NCBI GenBank assembly: GCA_964255285.1
Contig: CAXUUL010000002.1
Coordinates: 116,443 to 136,442, forward strand
Direction: 5' to 3'
DNA length: 20,000 nucleotides
Origin: Ionaspis alba
Lineage: Eukaryota
The notes under the pieces were generated by a model. That model saw nothing but the letters and a program-made list of their open reading frames with translations, did not search any database and had not been told where the DNA came from. Below, one piece after another: positions 9,546-20,000 of the stretch; position 1 is the first letter of the stretch, and each line of letters starts with the position of its first letter. The translations under genes and the position numbers were made by a program.

Positions 9546-10352
9546 ATGAGTGTCGAGGACGAACCCGGCGAAATGGTGGAAAGCGTAGCTGATAATGTAT
9601 ATGTTTTAGTGCAGTCCTCCAAACACACGTTCTTATTCACTGTATAAATATCTGATGAGTCCTTCTGTAAGCACCGCAACTTGTCCTAGGATCCGTAGTC
9701 TCTCGAAAAGCTAATGCTGATAGATTGGAACTCCTTTCCGGATGTATGGGAAGACGGGAAGCTCCAGAGATTCGGGACGCAAGAGCAGTTGTTGTTCATG
9801 CTCGCCAGCATCGATATCAGAGAGCTCTTTGCACGTCGAGACCATTTCCAAGCGGCTTCAATCAATGCCAAATGTCATACGCAAAGCGCAGAGAATCTTG
9901 AAAGGCGTGATAAGGACTGGCCAACAGCGAAACGGTCTCTTTCCAAACGTATTCGTCGCCGTTATGGCACCTCAGGATGTCCAGTCTTATGCCCGTCTGA
10001 CCTCTTCAATAATAGGGGACGTCGCCGAGTCTATAACATAATTAGCGAAAGGTGGCCTCAATAACAGCCCTTGCGGGTCACTCGTGCTGTCCACGACCTC
10101 GGCGGGTAGACAGAAATCGTTGCTGAGCTTTGATGGCAGAATCCGTTGCAGGCGGAGGCCTTTACAAGGGAACGCCGCCTAATTCGAAGTGGGCAGACGG
10201 AAGGACTTGTGCCACAAATTACTGGGAGGTCAACAGTTTTGGGTACGTGGGGGCCGCCCAATACACAAATCTTCCGCAGAGCGTTTAGTGGATTCCCCGC
10301 TAAGATTGCTGCCTCTTTGGCGAGCGGAGAGGCACGGTGCGTCTCTTACTGA
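9546..10352 (+). pseudogene. Two-exon degraded gene of unknown function. Exon 1 9546-9666, intron 9667-9723, exon 2 from 9724
   Basis: ATG 9546 gives MSVEDEPGEMVESVADNVYVLVQSSKHTFLFTV*ISDESF. A canonical GTAAGC..GCTAAT..TAG intron joins in phase (T+AT) to YWNSFPDVWEDGKLQRFGTQEQLLFMLASIDIRELF... In-frame stops at 9645, 10062, 10107 and 10131; track ORF 10146-10352 is in the same frame. The true 3' end is uncertain (could be 10064). Confidence 0.55.
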
Positions 10353-10496
10353 CCGAGCTCAGATTGCTTCCGTCCCTGAAAACCGCACCCTCGACTATCA
10401 CCTTCGAGGTTGGGCGGTCAACTTGGAAAAAAAACAACCCTTTCTACCCTCAAATCAGTTCCAAGAATCATACACCTTCGCTGTCGTTATGCCTCT

Positions 10497-10596
10497 NNNN
10501 NNNNNNNNNNNNNNNNNNNNNNNNNNNNNNNNNNNNNNNNNNNNNNNNNNNNNNNNNNNNNNNNNNNNNNNNNNNNNNNNNNNNNNNNNNNNNNNN
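10497..10596. other. Scaffold gap (100 N) with identical 55-bp flanks (10442-10496 = 10597-10651), duplicating the ILM1 start codon
   Basis: TTCTACCCTCAAATCAGTTCCAAGAATCATACACCTTCGCTGTCGTTATGCCTCT is present on both sides. Confidence 0.95.
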
Positions 10597-10643
10597 TTCT
10601 ACCCTCAAATCAGTTCCAAGAATCATACACCTTCGCTGTCGTT

Positions 10644-11334
10644 ATGCCTCTCATCTCTGCCGCAACGATCATCCGGTCCCTCAGCCTCCTGCATCTCACC
10701 ATCGCCTACTTCCTCCTAACTTCCCCAAGCAAAATTGCAAACTACAGTCTGGTTTTCATCCTCGGCTCATCAATGGGCATAGTACGCCTTCCCTTCTCCC
10801 TTTCCCCTTCTCACCCTCTCTCCTTCCATACTCCAAGCTAACCAACCCCGTCCAGCCCTCGACCTCCGCATTCTCCTCCCCTTCCGCTGTCACTGCCTTC
10901 CTTGCCGCCGCTCTCGGCCTCCTCGGTATCACTGACCTGACTGCGGCGTCGCTGAGAGAAGAAGTATCTTCCTTCTACTGGAGTTCGCAAGCCCCAATCC
11001 GCTTTCTGTTTTTCTTCGCCCTGACGACATACACTTATGTTTCGAAGCCTGGGGGACCGGCGTCGGGACCAAATGTGGCGAGGAAGGTTCTGGCTGCTGG
11101 GAGTGGGTATGGAGAGAGGCTGAGCAATAGTGTTGTTTTTACATGGGCGTTTGTAGAGATGATTACTTGGTTTTGGGTGAGTCTCGCAAAGGGATCCATG
11201 AGGTAATGGGTTTTGGGCTGTGGCTGACTGCGAATGGGCAGATCTACGTGACTTTGAGAGATGAGAGGAGGGAAGCTGTGGCTAAGGCGGCAGAGAAGAG
11301 GATGTTGGAGGAAGAGAGGAGTAAGGCGTTCTGA
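10644..11334 (+). CDS. ILM1: ILM1-family membrane protein (increased loss of mitochondrial DNA protein 1), 183 aa. Exons 10644-10781, 10856-11176, 11242-11334
   Basis: MPLISAATIIRSLSLLHLTIAYFLLTSPSKIANYSLVFILGSSMGI..GLLGITDL..YWSSQAPIRFLFFFALT..NSVVFTWAFVEMITWFW/IYVTLRDERRE matches the fungal Ilm1 pattern as recalled. Introns GTACGC..GCTAAC..CAG and GTGAGT..GCTGAC..CAG, both phase 0. Confidence 0.9.
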
Positions 11335-12190
11335 TGCTGGAGGCCATGTCACTATATCTTTGTCGATTTTGAGGATGAGAAGACATAATTGGGGCTCAAA
11401 CGAATTGGAAGAACATCGCGATCGATATGGAGGAGACAAACCAGAGGGTTGGCTCTGGCAAATGGTGGTAGTAGGTGCGCGGATGCTTCAGAGACGTCGG
11501 GCATTTTCCGCTTCCTCGAGCGGAGCCCAGTTCTCACCAAAAGCCGAGCTCTGCTCTCGCCGATCAACAGCAAAGACGAGGATCTTGACCTACCCTGACT
11601 TGTTTGGAGCCGTCTTTTGCACCTTTGAATTTGTGCCGACCACGAATCAATTATCGCGTTGCCTCCAATGGCATCAGCGTCAAGCAAGCGCTGTCTCGAC
11701 TAGAAGCCTGCTTATTGCTGGGTTTGACTGGATTTTCTTGTCAACTCCTTGAAGATAGGATCATGGCGCCTTCTGGAACAGTAGTACTGGGCGCTCCACG
11801 ATCATCAGGAGCCCGCATCTTATATACCTTGGTAGAACGTTGTTGGTATGTTTGTTCGATACGAGGCGCATATATCGAAATCTCGAGCACCTTTTTGATG
11901 GCAATGCCTTGTGCCTACGATATGGTTTGTATAAAAGCATGGGTTAGCGAACTGGTATATAAGACTGAGAAGATTTCGTGAGTTGAACAGTGATTGAGTC
12001 TGGTGATTGGTGCACAAATCCATTGACTTACGGAACAGGCTGTCGTGTACACATGCCTAATCTATAGAGAGCCTCACTGAGACGGAGCGTCGCTCATCAA
12101 CTCCACCCATGCAATGCTAAAATCCTAAAGAACTCCATGACCATAGCGCTACACGTCCAAAGATACAAATGTCATCCTCTTCCCAGACCC

Positions 12191-15100
12191 TCATCTCTTA
12201 CCCCCGGTATCCAACCCAGCCATAACAACCCCATCCAGCCCTTCCCTCCACGCATCCATCAAATCCACACTCAACCCATCCATCCACTCCTCATCCACAA
12301 CCGATTTCAACGCCTTCCCCACGACATCCTTCTCATTCAGACAGACCTTCTTCAATTCCTTTGCCCTTGGCCTTTCCAAATCATGCGCGAAGCTCGCGGC
12401 TGCGATCCGGGTATCACCATAAAGTTTAGCCGTCAACTTCCGATACCCAATCGCCATCTTCTCGAGCGTTCTCTGATCCGGATAAGTGCCAAACCCTTTG
12501 TTGGTAATAACAAGGAATTCCAAGAACGAGAGAACCAGCCGCGCGTGGTCTAGTACGGAGAAAATTTCATGAAAGTAGTACCAATCCGGTACTGTGAAGC
12601 CTGTGCTGAACGTGAGCGCGTTGACGGTTGGATGGTCAGCTGTCATCGAAACGTGTGGTGGACTTTCGACTAGCCAGTCGAAAAACCTGTCAAGCTGACC
12701 GTTGTAGAAAACGTGATCGGAGTGCGAGCGGAAAGGGTCCATGGCACGGGTAAGGAGGAGCATTTCGTGGGGGAAAGGAGAGAGGGCTTGCTCGACGGGG
12801 GTGTGGTCGAGCTGATCGCCGAGCTTGCGGCGCCAATACTCGGCTGGAGTGCAATTCGAGAAGACATCGGACTCGGTGCCCTCGGCGGATTTGGCGTCGT
12901 CGTCGGTAGAAGCTTCTGGCTTAGGGAGTTCTGGCTTAGAAGCTTCTAGCTGAGGGTCTTGTTCCGGATCTTTCCCTTCTTCGTCTAGGGTTTGGAGGAT
13001 ATTCAAGGGAGTGGCTAGGACCTCGTTGCCTCTCATAACTTCCTCAAGGGTGAGGATGTAGAGCTCGCTGGCAAGCCAATTGGCCTGAAGTCTGTTCAGA
13101 TATCGCGGATTGACTCTGAAAGGGGTGGAGGGATCTTACAGTGGGTGTAGGCCCCGGTCGGATGTATTCCTCGAATCGAGATTGTCCGTGGGCTTCGTAG
13201 CTGGGGAACTGCTTTGTATTCCGGCTGTCTGTCAACTGGTCGGGGTCCACGGCTTCTGAACCAGGAGTGTCAGCACATTTGCAGCGGCTTTGGGTACCGA
13301 GGAAAGTACCTAGTAGGACATCCACATGGTCTTCGGGAGTTGCATAGCCCAAGCGAGAGATCCGTCGAGACTCGCAGACAAGCAACCATTTGGGAAGGCA
13401 CTCAGAAGCGGTCTTTGCGTATTCGATCTCATTGAGTAGACTGAGATATGAATCGTGTTCTATGTACGCATCGATGGCATTCTTCGCTTGCGTGTCGTGC
13501 CTTGTAGTCCAGCTAAGGGCATTGTATAAAAGCTGAGCTGGTGTTACGTGCCGAATGCGTCCCCTGTTATCGGTTCTCGTGAAAGAATGAGGATGTATGG
13601 TAGATATTCTGGAAAAGAATATCCAAGAATCAGTCAAGTATTGGATGTGCTTGATATCCAGCTGCATGTAATGCTCTAGAGCTTTTCGTGCAGCCCCTAA
13701 GAGGAGGTAGACACGGACAATAATCACTAATGCGTCGTAATTATGCTTCGAATGTATCAATAGTACCTCCAGAATGACCGCGCATTGCAGCAAAGCGTCC
13801 TTGCGGCCTTCATCGTTTTTATATAATCGGATACATCCCATGGCAGCCAGTATGGCCGCATCATCACCGGCTCGGCGATCGCTTACTGGTATATCTTCTT
13901 TCAATGCTAAAGAGATCTTGTAAAGTCGAAGGCAATTCGCGATAAACTCCTGTATGAGTTCTGTATTTTCAGAGTTGCAATTCGCGGAGACAACCAGCGC
14001 GTAGTCTTGTTTCAAGGCATTTATCTCCGCCGTAACCCACCTGAGTCGAGAGAACTAAGACACCTCTGTCAGAGGCTTCCAAATAAGCGGAAATTGAAAA
14101 CATACCATCCCTACAGAGTCCTCTGCTTGCTGCATCTGTACTGCTTGGCTCTGGATAGCACAAAGAAATTCCGCCTTTTGATGCATCGGAAGGAGATGCA
14201 CGTATCGGAGGTTTTTGAAACAGGTCGTTTTGAAACAATATTCATGATAATTAGCCATGCAGGCCATATAAAGACACGTCTTGTCGGAGACCAGCTCGGA
14301 GGATTGTCTAGCATAATACTCGGCTTCCGCTAAGTGTGCGTGTCGTGTAAATTGATCGGTGTTCTGGATATATGTGTTGATCAGAGCTTCCGTTGCGATA
14401 GCGTTTTCTTTCGTCCTAATCTTGCACGATGCATCGACGAGTCCCTTCCACACCTGCCAATCGTCTCCGAAAGAGCGAATCCCGGTTTTCGGAGTGCCAG
14501 CATTGTTCGGATGGGCTTCGACGAGTATATCATGGCAGAATTGCCATTGGTCCTTCCATCTTCCACAGATTCCTTGGAGCCGGATCTTTTCAAGTGCCAT
14601 TGGCGATGACCCTCGCCCAAAACGGGAACTTGTGCCAGTCCGAGGATCGTCCAGAGCGACAAGAGCCTCTTCCAGCATTCCCTGAGCCTCATATACATCC
14701 ACCAAAAGAAGGACTTCCCGTAGGGACTGCAGAGCCCTGGGCTCAGCCTGACCTTTGGGATGGGTGGGTTTCAGATTGATGTTGCTGATCCCATTGGTAA
14801 GACCATCATCGTCCGTAACTTTGGCAGCAGCAGTTGATAGTAACTTGTGAGCCATCTTCTTGAAAAGCTCTCGCTCTGGCTGTGTAGCTTCAACATCTTT
14901 ACTCGCAAGATGGTTGCAGATGATCGCTAGGAAGAACGGCCGACGTTTTTCAGGAAAGTTCCTCATGTAGACCATAGCGGCCTACGTCAAAAGCACTTCA
15001 CTTAGCCTCCTCCTACTGCATTGGCAGGCTTTTCGTAGTGACGTACTTTTTGCGCGGCTTTCCAATCTTGCCTCTTGAGTCGGGATACCAACCACGATTC

Positions 15101-15554
15101 GACCAGGCTCTGTTCTTTTGGGCGCTCGGCGGCAGCCATTTCCCAAGCTTGGTTGAGTCGGTCGTTCCGAGGCGATATTCGTCCCATCGTGGCACGAAAG
15201 AGATCATCGAGCTGGAGAAGGATATCGGGATCGGAAATTGACGGCTTGCGCGAGAGGAGCTCCGCAAAGTCTTGCATGCCTTGTATTCTACGCCCCTCAT
15301 CTGAGTAATGGAGGAGGACATGGATCTTATTGACCTATGAGGTAGGCGTAAGCTTATCAGTCCCAGCTGCCAGTTCCTAGTGTTTCGAGAGAGGAAATAG
15401 CACTTACGAGTAAATAGTCATTCTTTTCGCCCTTCTTCAATCGCTTCTCACAGTGGGCCAAGGCCTGTTTCCATGCCTTAGTACTGACGAGCTCTTGCAA
15501 TACCAGATCATTCTTGTCAGGACGTCCATTGGGCGTGGTAATCAATATGTCCAT
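12191..15554 (-). CDS. MDM20: NatB N-terminal acetyltransferase auxiliary subunit (Mdm20/NAA25), about 1021 aa. Exons 15554-15408, 15334-15047, 14981-14106, 14054-13310, 13255-13140, 13084-12191
   Basis: N-terminal TPR-like WKQALAHCEKRLKKG, DWKAAQKAAMVYMRNFPEKR..FLAI, DDWQVWKGLV, KTTCFKNLRYV, AEINALK, GDDAAILAAM, SKHNYDALVIIVRVYLLLGA..ALEHYMQLDIKHIQ. Five GT..AG introns with consistent phases give one continuous frame. Confidence 0.92.
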
Positions 15555-15657
15555 AACGAATTATCCATACAGGTTGAGTTAAGGGTACGCGACTTAGCCA
15601 ATGGGATGAAAAAACAAAAGAGCCCAGACATCGAAACTAATTCGGGTAGTGACGATC

Positions 15658-15757
15658 NNNNNNNNNNNNNNNNNNNNNNNNNNNNNNNNNNNNNNNNNNN
15701 NNNNNNNNNNNNNNNNNNNNNNNNNNNNNNNNNNNNNNNNNNNNNNNNNNNNNNNNN
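15658..15757. other. Scaffold gap (100 N) between COX23 and MDM20; no flank overlap seen
   Basis: N run; the flanks differ. Confidence 0.95.
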
Positions 15758-15983
15758 AACCCGCCGAAATCATTTACAAGACCCTGTAAGCAAAACTTTC
15801 AGCTGTATCTTTGAAAGCAAGATGAGCGCTTCCTAATCACAGTTACCGGCATTGCATCTGGTGACATTCGGTACCAAGCAGCTACCTAAGCCCTCCCGAA
15901 AGATAATGCAGCCTGATTGTCTTTGTTGATAACACACAAAGACTTGCATCGCTGACTGGGAGGCTTCCTGAATCTCCCGTCCC

Positions 15984-16478
15984 TTATCCGAAAATCGAAC
16001 CACCAGCTTTCTTCCTTGCCTCCTTACGCTCCAGCATCTGCACCGCGGTCAGAAACTAATGACCAACAAGGTATTCAATTCCCGTTATCTCTGAGCCTAC
16101 CCATTGTTTCTTGCAGTCCCTGTATGCTCTATCGCCCAAGTTCGTCAGCAGAGAAACGATTTCTCGCGAATGGTTTGCCACCGATAATGACAGAAGCACT
16201 GGCTACCGCAACAGAACCCCCTAATAGAGAAACAAACTTACTGGAAGTAATCCGTACAAAGCTCCTTATCTCCCCCGTTTCTATGCAAGCACTTCATACT
16301 GCGAGAAGCAGCCTCTTGGCAAGGATCAAAATACTCGCTATATCTCTTGCTGCGCACATAACAACAGTAAGCCGCGGTCGCCAACAATCGTCAGAAGCAA
16401 AGCATTCAGAGACACGCACTTTTCAAATGTAGTCGCAGCCTTTTCCCACGTTGAGGTGGCCTTAGCTTTATCCGCCAT
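15984..16478 (-). CDS. COX23: Cytochrome c oxidase assembly factor Cox23, twin CX9C protein, 82 aa. Exons 16478-16420, 16349-16242, 16128-16101, 16037-15984
   Basis: Spliced product MADKAKATSTWEKAATTFENKRYSEYFDPCQEAASRSMKCLHRNGGDKELCTDYFQAYRDCKKQWMLERKEARKKAGGSIFG, with two exact CX9C motifs and the S.YFDPCQE / YFQAYRDCKKQW signature. Introns GTGCGT..CAG, GTAAGT..CTGAC..TAG, GTAGGC..CTGAC..CAG. Confidence 0.94.
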
Positions 16479-18155
16479 GCTGTCGTCCGGTTGGTGAGAT
16501 ATCTCAGTCGTAGTTGCGGCAATCCCATGCGGCTCTATAGGCTTCGGCATATCCTATGCGGGCGGGATCTTGGCACGCCAAAGCTGTCAAGCAGGGATAA
16601 CTGACAGAAGTGCATGCATCTCTCCGGGCCTTATCAACACAACAGTCACCCGCATACATCCATATAGATCATCATGAGCACCTTGGGTCAATAGAGGAGT
16701 GTGTCCTTACAACAGCTTCCACCGCTACCGCAATTCTATTGGCAACCTTGTTCGACCGGAGGGTCAGGCTTCCAAAAACACAAGGATTGATAATCCCGTG
16801 CACTGTTTTCTTGCACTCTTAATTTGATTGTCCCCGACAATGGGTTCTGAAGTGACTATAGCTTCACCTGAACATGGATTCTCCGAGTTACATAGCTACC
16901 ATATCGTACATGATAATCCAATACCGATGCTATAACATCAGCCAGCAACATATTATCGACCTTCTAGACTATCATGTCCTAGTTATCGTGCCCTACCTCT
17001 CGCTCTGCATACTATCACCAGATTCCAAATGAATGGCAGAAGACATCTTCCGGATAGTCTTATCGGCTTACTGAAGTCTAAATGCCATGCTAAACTAGTA
17101 AATCTTGATAGAAGTCCTCATGGACACTCGTTTCCACCATGTCAGTGATGCTCCGGGGACTTTTGCCCAAATCTGGACCAATATCTCCACTCTGATGCCG
17201 ATGCCCATTTCAGTAGCCCTCCACACCTCTGCACAAGTCATGAGTTGTCGCGAGCAAGACACCTCGTATCGTGCAGCCACGAGATTCCGCCACGATCCAC
17301 GTTCCGCACTCCACGCAGCAGAGTGCTGCTCGGCTCATCCCCCGATTCAAGCCAGGCGGGGTCGGATCAGGAAACTCGACGTCGTCATACGCAAATGGTG
17401 GGACTACATACTCAACACCAGACATTCCTGACGGATTGAGGAATCTCGACAACACCAGTTGATCGCAAATAATAGTGCTTCCAATGCAAATATAGAAATA
17501 ATTTCCCCTGATGTTCACCTACCGTCAATAGGCGGAGACATCACTTTGCCCTAGCTGCTTTTCATGTCACTCCTTGTCAAGGTTGCTACCAAAGATCCTC
17601 GACGATATGTGCAAGTCGAGCAGTCCTTCAACCGTGGTGCTGGGAGCTCGCAGAACAAAATCTTAAGTAAATTCTCTGCGTTTTAATCGATCCCCCTTCG
17701 GCGGGCCAGTCACGGTCCTCCTCGTGAGGTGTGGAGGACGTCTCGCCTGGCATACAGGATAAGACATGAGATCATATGCATCTGCGGAGAGTGTTCTCTG
17801 GGCGACGACTATCTTGAACTCACAAGGACTAGGGCTCAAGATGATCAGTAGCATATGCACGACCGACGTCTGGCAGTTAAGTCAATATTGTAGCTGTTCA
17901 GGGGAATAGGACAATTCCCGCCCTGACTCATTTTATAGGCCGAGCATTCACCCGCGTGCTCATTCACTTCTAGTTCTGAGTATTAAACACTTTACAGTGG
18001 CTCATAAACCTTTTGAGCGGTCCAGTTCTGCAAGCAGCCACCACTTACTTGCCTCTTTTCACACTCTTCATCCTTCAACTTCTTCGACGAATCTAACATA
18101 ATTTGATCGTTAAGAGTGCTACTCACCTACTCACAAGGACAGAACCACTGCTGTC

Positions 18156-19385
18156 ATGGCTTCCCGGAAATCAATGCCAGCCTGGTGGGCAAATAAGCCA
18201 GCTTTTGAGCCTCTGATCCGGCATGAAAGCCTGAAACCAACTTCTGATGAAGATTTTGACCCTCAGAAACATCTTGCATTCGTGCCGCCTTCGAGAACGT
18301 ACACGATGGAAGATATCAAGCTTCCAAAGGACACGGGAGTATCCCCTTTTGCGGTCTCCGAGCCCTTTCAGCTTTTCAACGAGGATGCAGTCCTTCGTAT
18401 GCGAAAAGAGATCCTTAGCAAAGACGTGTGGGAGAACTGCCAGTACTCAAGCAATCTCGCTCAGTGTCAGCTCAGAGGTTTTGCACCAAGGTAAGAAAAC
18501 ACAGCTCCTTTCCAGTCCACTATATTGAGTCTCACAGATATGCTCCCTTTATCTATGACGTATGGAAACACCCGGAAGTTCTGAAGATCATTTCTCAGAT
18601 AGCTGGTATCGATCTGGTGACGGAGATGGACTTCGAGATTGGCCACATCAATATCTCAGTGAAGCCTGAGAAAACGCAAGCAGAAGAGCTCTCCGCCATC
18701 GCCGACAGAGCTTCAACAGAAGCAGACGAAGACATTGCCGGATGTCCTTGGGAAGACGATAAGCCTATCGTCGATTGGCATACTGACTCATATCCTTTTG
18801 TGACAGTACTGATGCTAAGTGACTGTACTCGTATGATTGGAGGAGAGACCGCTCTGAGAACTGGAGATGGCGGTATCTTCAAGGTCCGTGGGCCTCAAAT
18901 GGTACGTCCCTTCCTCCTACGATGACTCATGATATACTCATTTCGAGTAGGGATGTGCTGTGGTATTGCAAGGTCGATATATCGAGCACCAAGCACTCAG
19001 GGCTTTCGGCTCTACTGAGAGAATAACCATGGTGACCTCTTTTCGACCTCGCTCCTCAGCTCTGCGGGACGACACGGTTCTTACCACCGTTCGACCGGTC
19101 TCGAATCTCTCTGAGCTCTACTTCCAGTTCAGTGAGTATCGACTGGAGATCCTGGAAGATCGCATCCGCAAGGAGCTGAAGGTTCTGCGCGACAGCAAGC
19201 GCGGCCGCAAAAAGTTTAACACGCTGAAGCTGAAAAGATTTCTCCAGGAACAGGAGAACTTTCTTGCTCACATGAACTCTGAGATGATTGAGGATGACAA
19301 GGTAGTGAAAGGAGCGATTGACGACAGCCATCTCATCACGGAGCACAAAGGTGGTTCGCCTAAGAAACGCTCTCGAGCTGTTTGA
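18156..19385 (+). CDS. Fungal 2OG-Fe(II) dioxygenase-like protein, 377 aa. Exons 18156-18490, 18538-18901, 18951-19385
   Basis: HxD motif in VDWHTDSYPFVTVLMLSD, GGETALRTG, distal His in AVVLQGRYIEHQAL and 2OG-binding Arg in ERITMVTSF. Introns GTAAGA..CAG (47 nt) and GTACGT..TAG (49 nt) are in phase. Confidence 0.85.
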
Positions 19386-20000
19386 GCATGACACACGGGA
19401 GGAAACAAGCTATAACGACTCTCATTGGACTGCCCTGTTTATTGGCGAGATGACTTTATTCATGAGAGAATGCTTTGATTGATTAGCCTTTTGTGCAGCA
19501 CATTTTAATGGATGATCACGATAGCTTGCGAGCCACATGCCATCCTTGCGCTATCGTCTTTCACAAATTGTAGAAGTTGCCATACATGATACTTATCAAG
19601 CTCAACGGCCTCAATAAGGGTATTATAGGGCTAAACTTGGTATAGAATGGTTTGCATTGCAGATTACACAGAAACTCAACTGCCCACTTATAAGTCAGAC
19701 CGAATGTGCATCTCAGCCTTGTGCAGCCTTGACTGAGAAATCGATTGTAATAGAGCAATGCTCGCATTGCTCTGTAACCAAGCACGTCTGGCTCGTCAAA
19801 CGTGCCTTTTTGAGAATACTGAGTAGAGTGCTTATAGAATAATGTACACACTGAAGGTTGAACTCTTTGAGGATCTGTACACTTATATATTGAAAGTGAG
19901 AGAATTCACGTGCGCCAAGGCTAGCATTAGCTCCACATATTGCGCAAGCTTTACGCGCTAGCGTGACGCGACCTTATCCCGGGATATGCTCGGAACTCGA

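Noticed and set aside
9645..10133. Using the in-frame stop codons themselves as proof of RIP
   Set aside because: Every stop codon is one C-to-T change from CAA/CAG/CGA, so this is uninformative without homologs.
2900..10400. Starship, DDE transposon, Helitron or retroelement assignment for the islands
   Set aside because: No tyrosine recombinase, transposase, RT or Rep/helicase motifs, and no TIR, LTR or TSD identified by eye.
10442..10651. Apparent duplication of the ILM1 5' end
   Set aside because: Exact 55-bp overlap flanking a 100-N gap, the same length as at the 7998-8097 gap; typical k-mer scaffolding artefact.
10189..11206. Long ORFs 10189-10719, 10337-11206 and 10410-10841
   Set aside because: They span the N gap and introns; the real coding parts are explained by spliced ILM1.
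11350..12150. ORFs between the ILM1 and MDM20 3' ends
   Set aside because: No recognisable domain or splice model; treated as UTR/intergenic.
16016..16432. 138-aa plus-strand ORF
   Set aside because: Antisense shadow of COX23 with a non-ATG start and no protein features.
19400..20000. Short ORFs and ACGCG motifs near the window end
   Set aside because: The ORFs are not protein-like, and the ACGCG cores cannot be tied to a gene within the window.

Overview
Filamentous ascomycete (Pezizomycotina-type) nuclear DNA with short GT-AG introns carrying CTRAY-like branch points, and three 100-N scaffold gaps. Six conserved genes were spliced by hand: a Fet3/Abr1-type multicopper oxidase (5' part, - strand), GGTase-I beta subunit (CDC43-like, 5 exons), ILM1 (3 exons), NatB auxiliary subunit MDM20/NAA25 (6 exons), COX23 (4 small exons, missed by the ORF track) and a 2OG-Fe(II) dioxygenase-like protein (3 exons). 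The GGTase gene is flanked by two accessory-looking islands (~2.98-5.25 kb and ~7.85-10.35 kb). Each holds a head-to-head pair of interrupted, unrecognised genes plus a ~100-150 bp tandem repeat array; one gene encodes three zinc-finger-like motifs. These islands are the best lead for something undescribed, but no transposase, terminal repeat or target-site duplication could be recognised by eye, so their nature remains inference.
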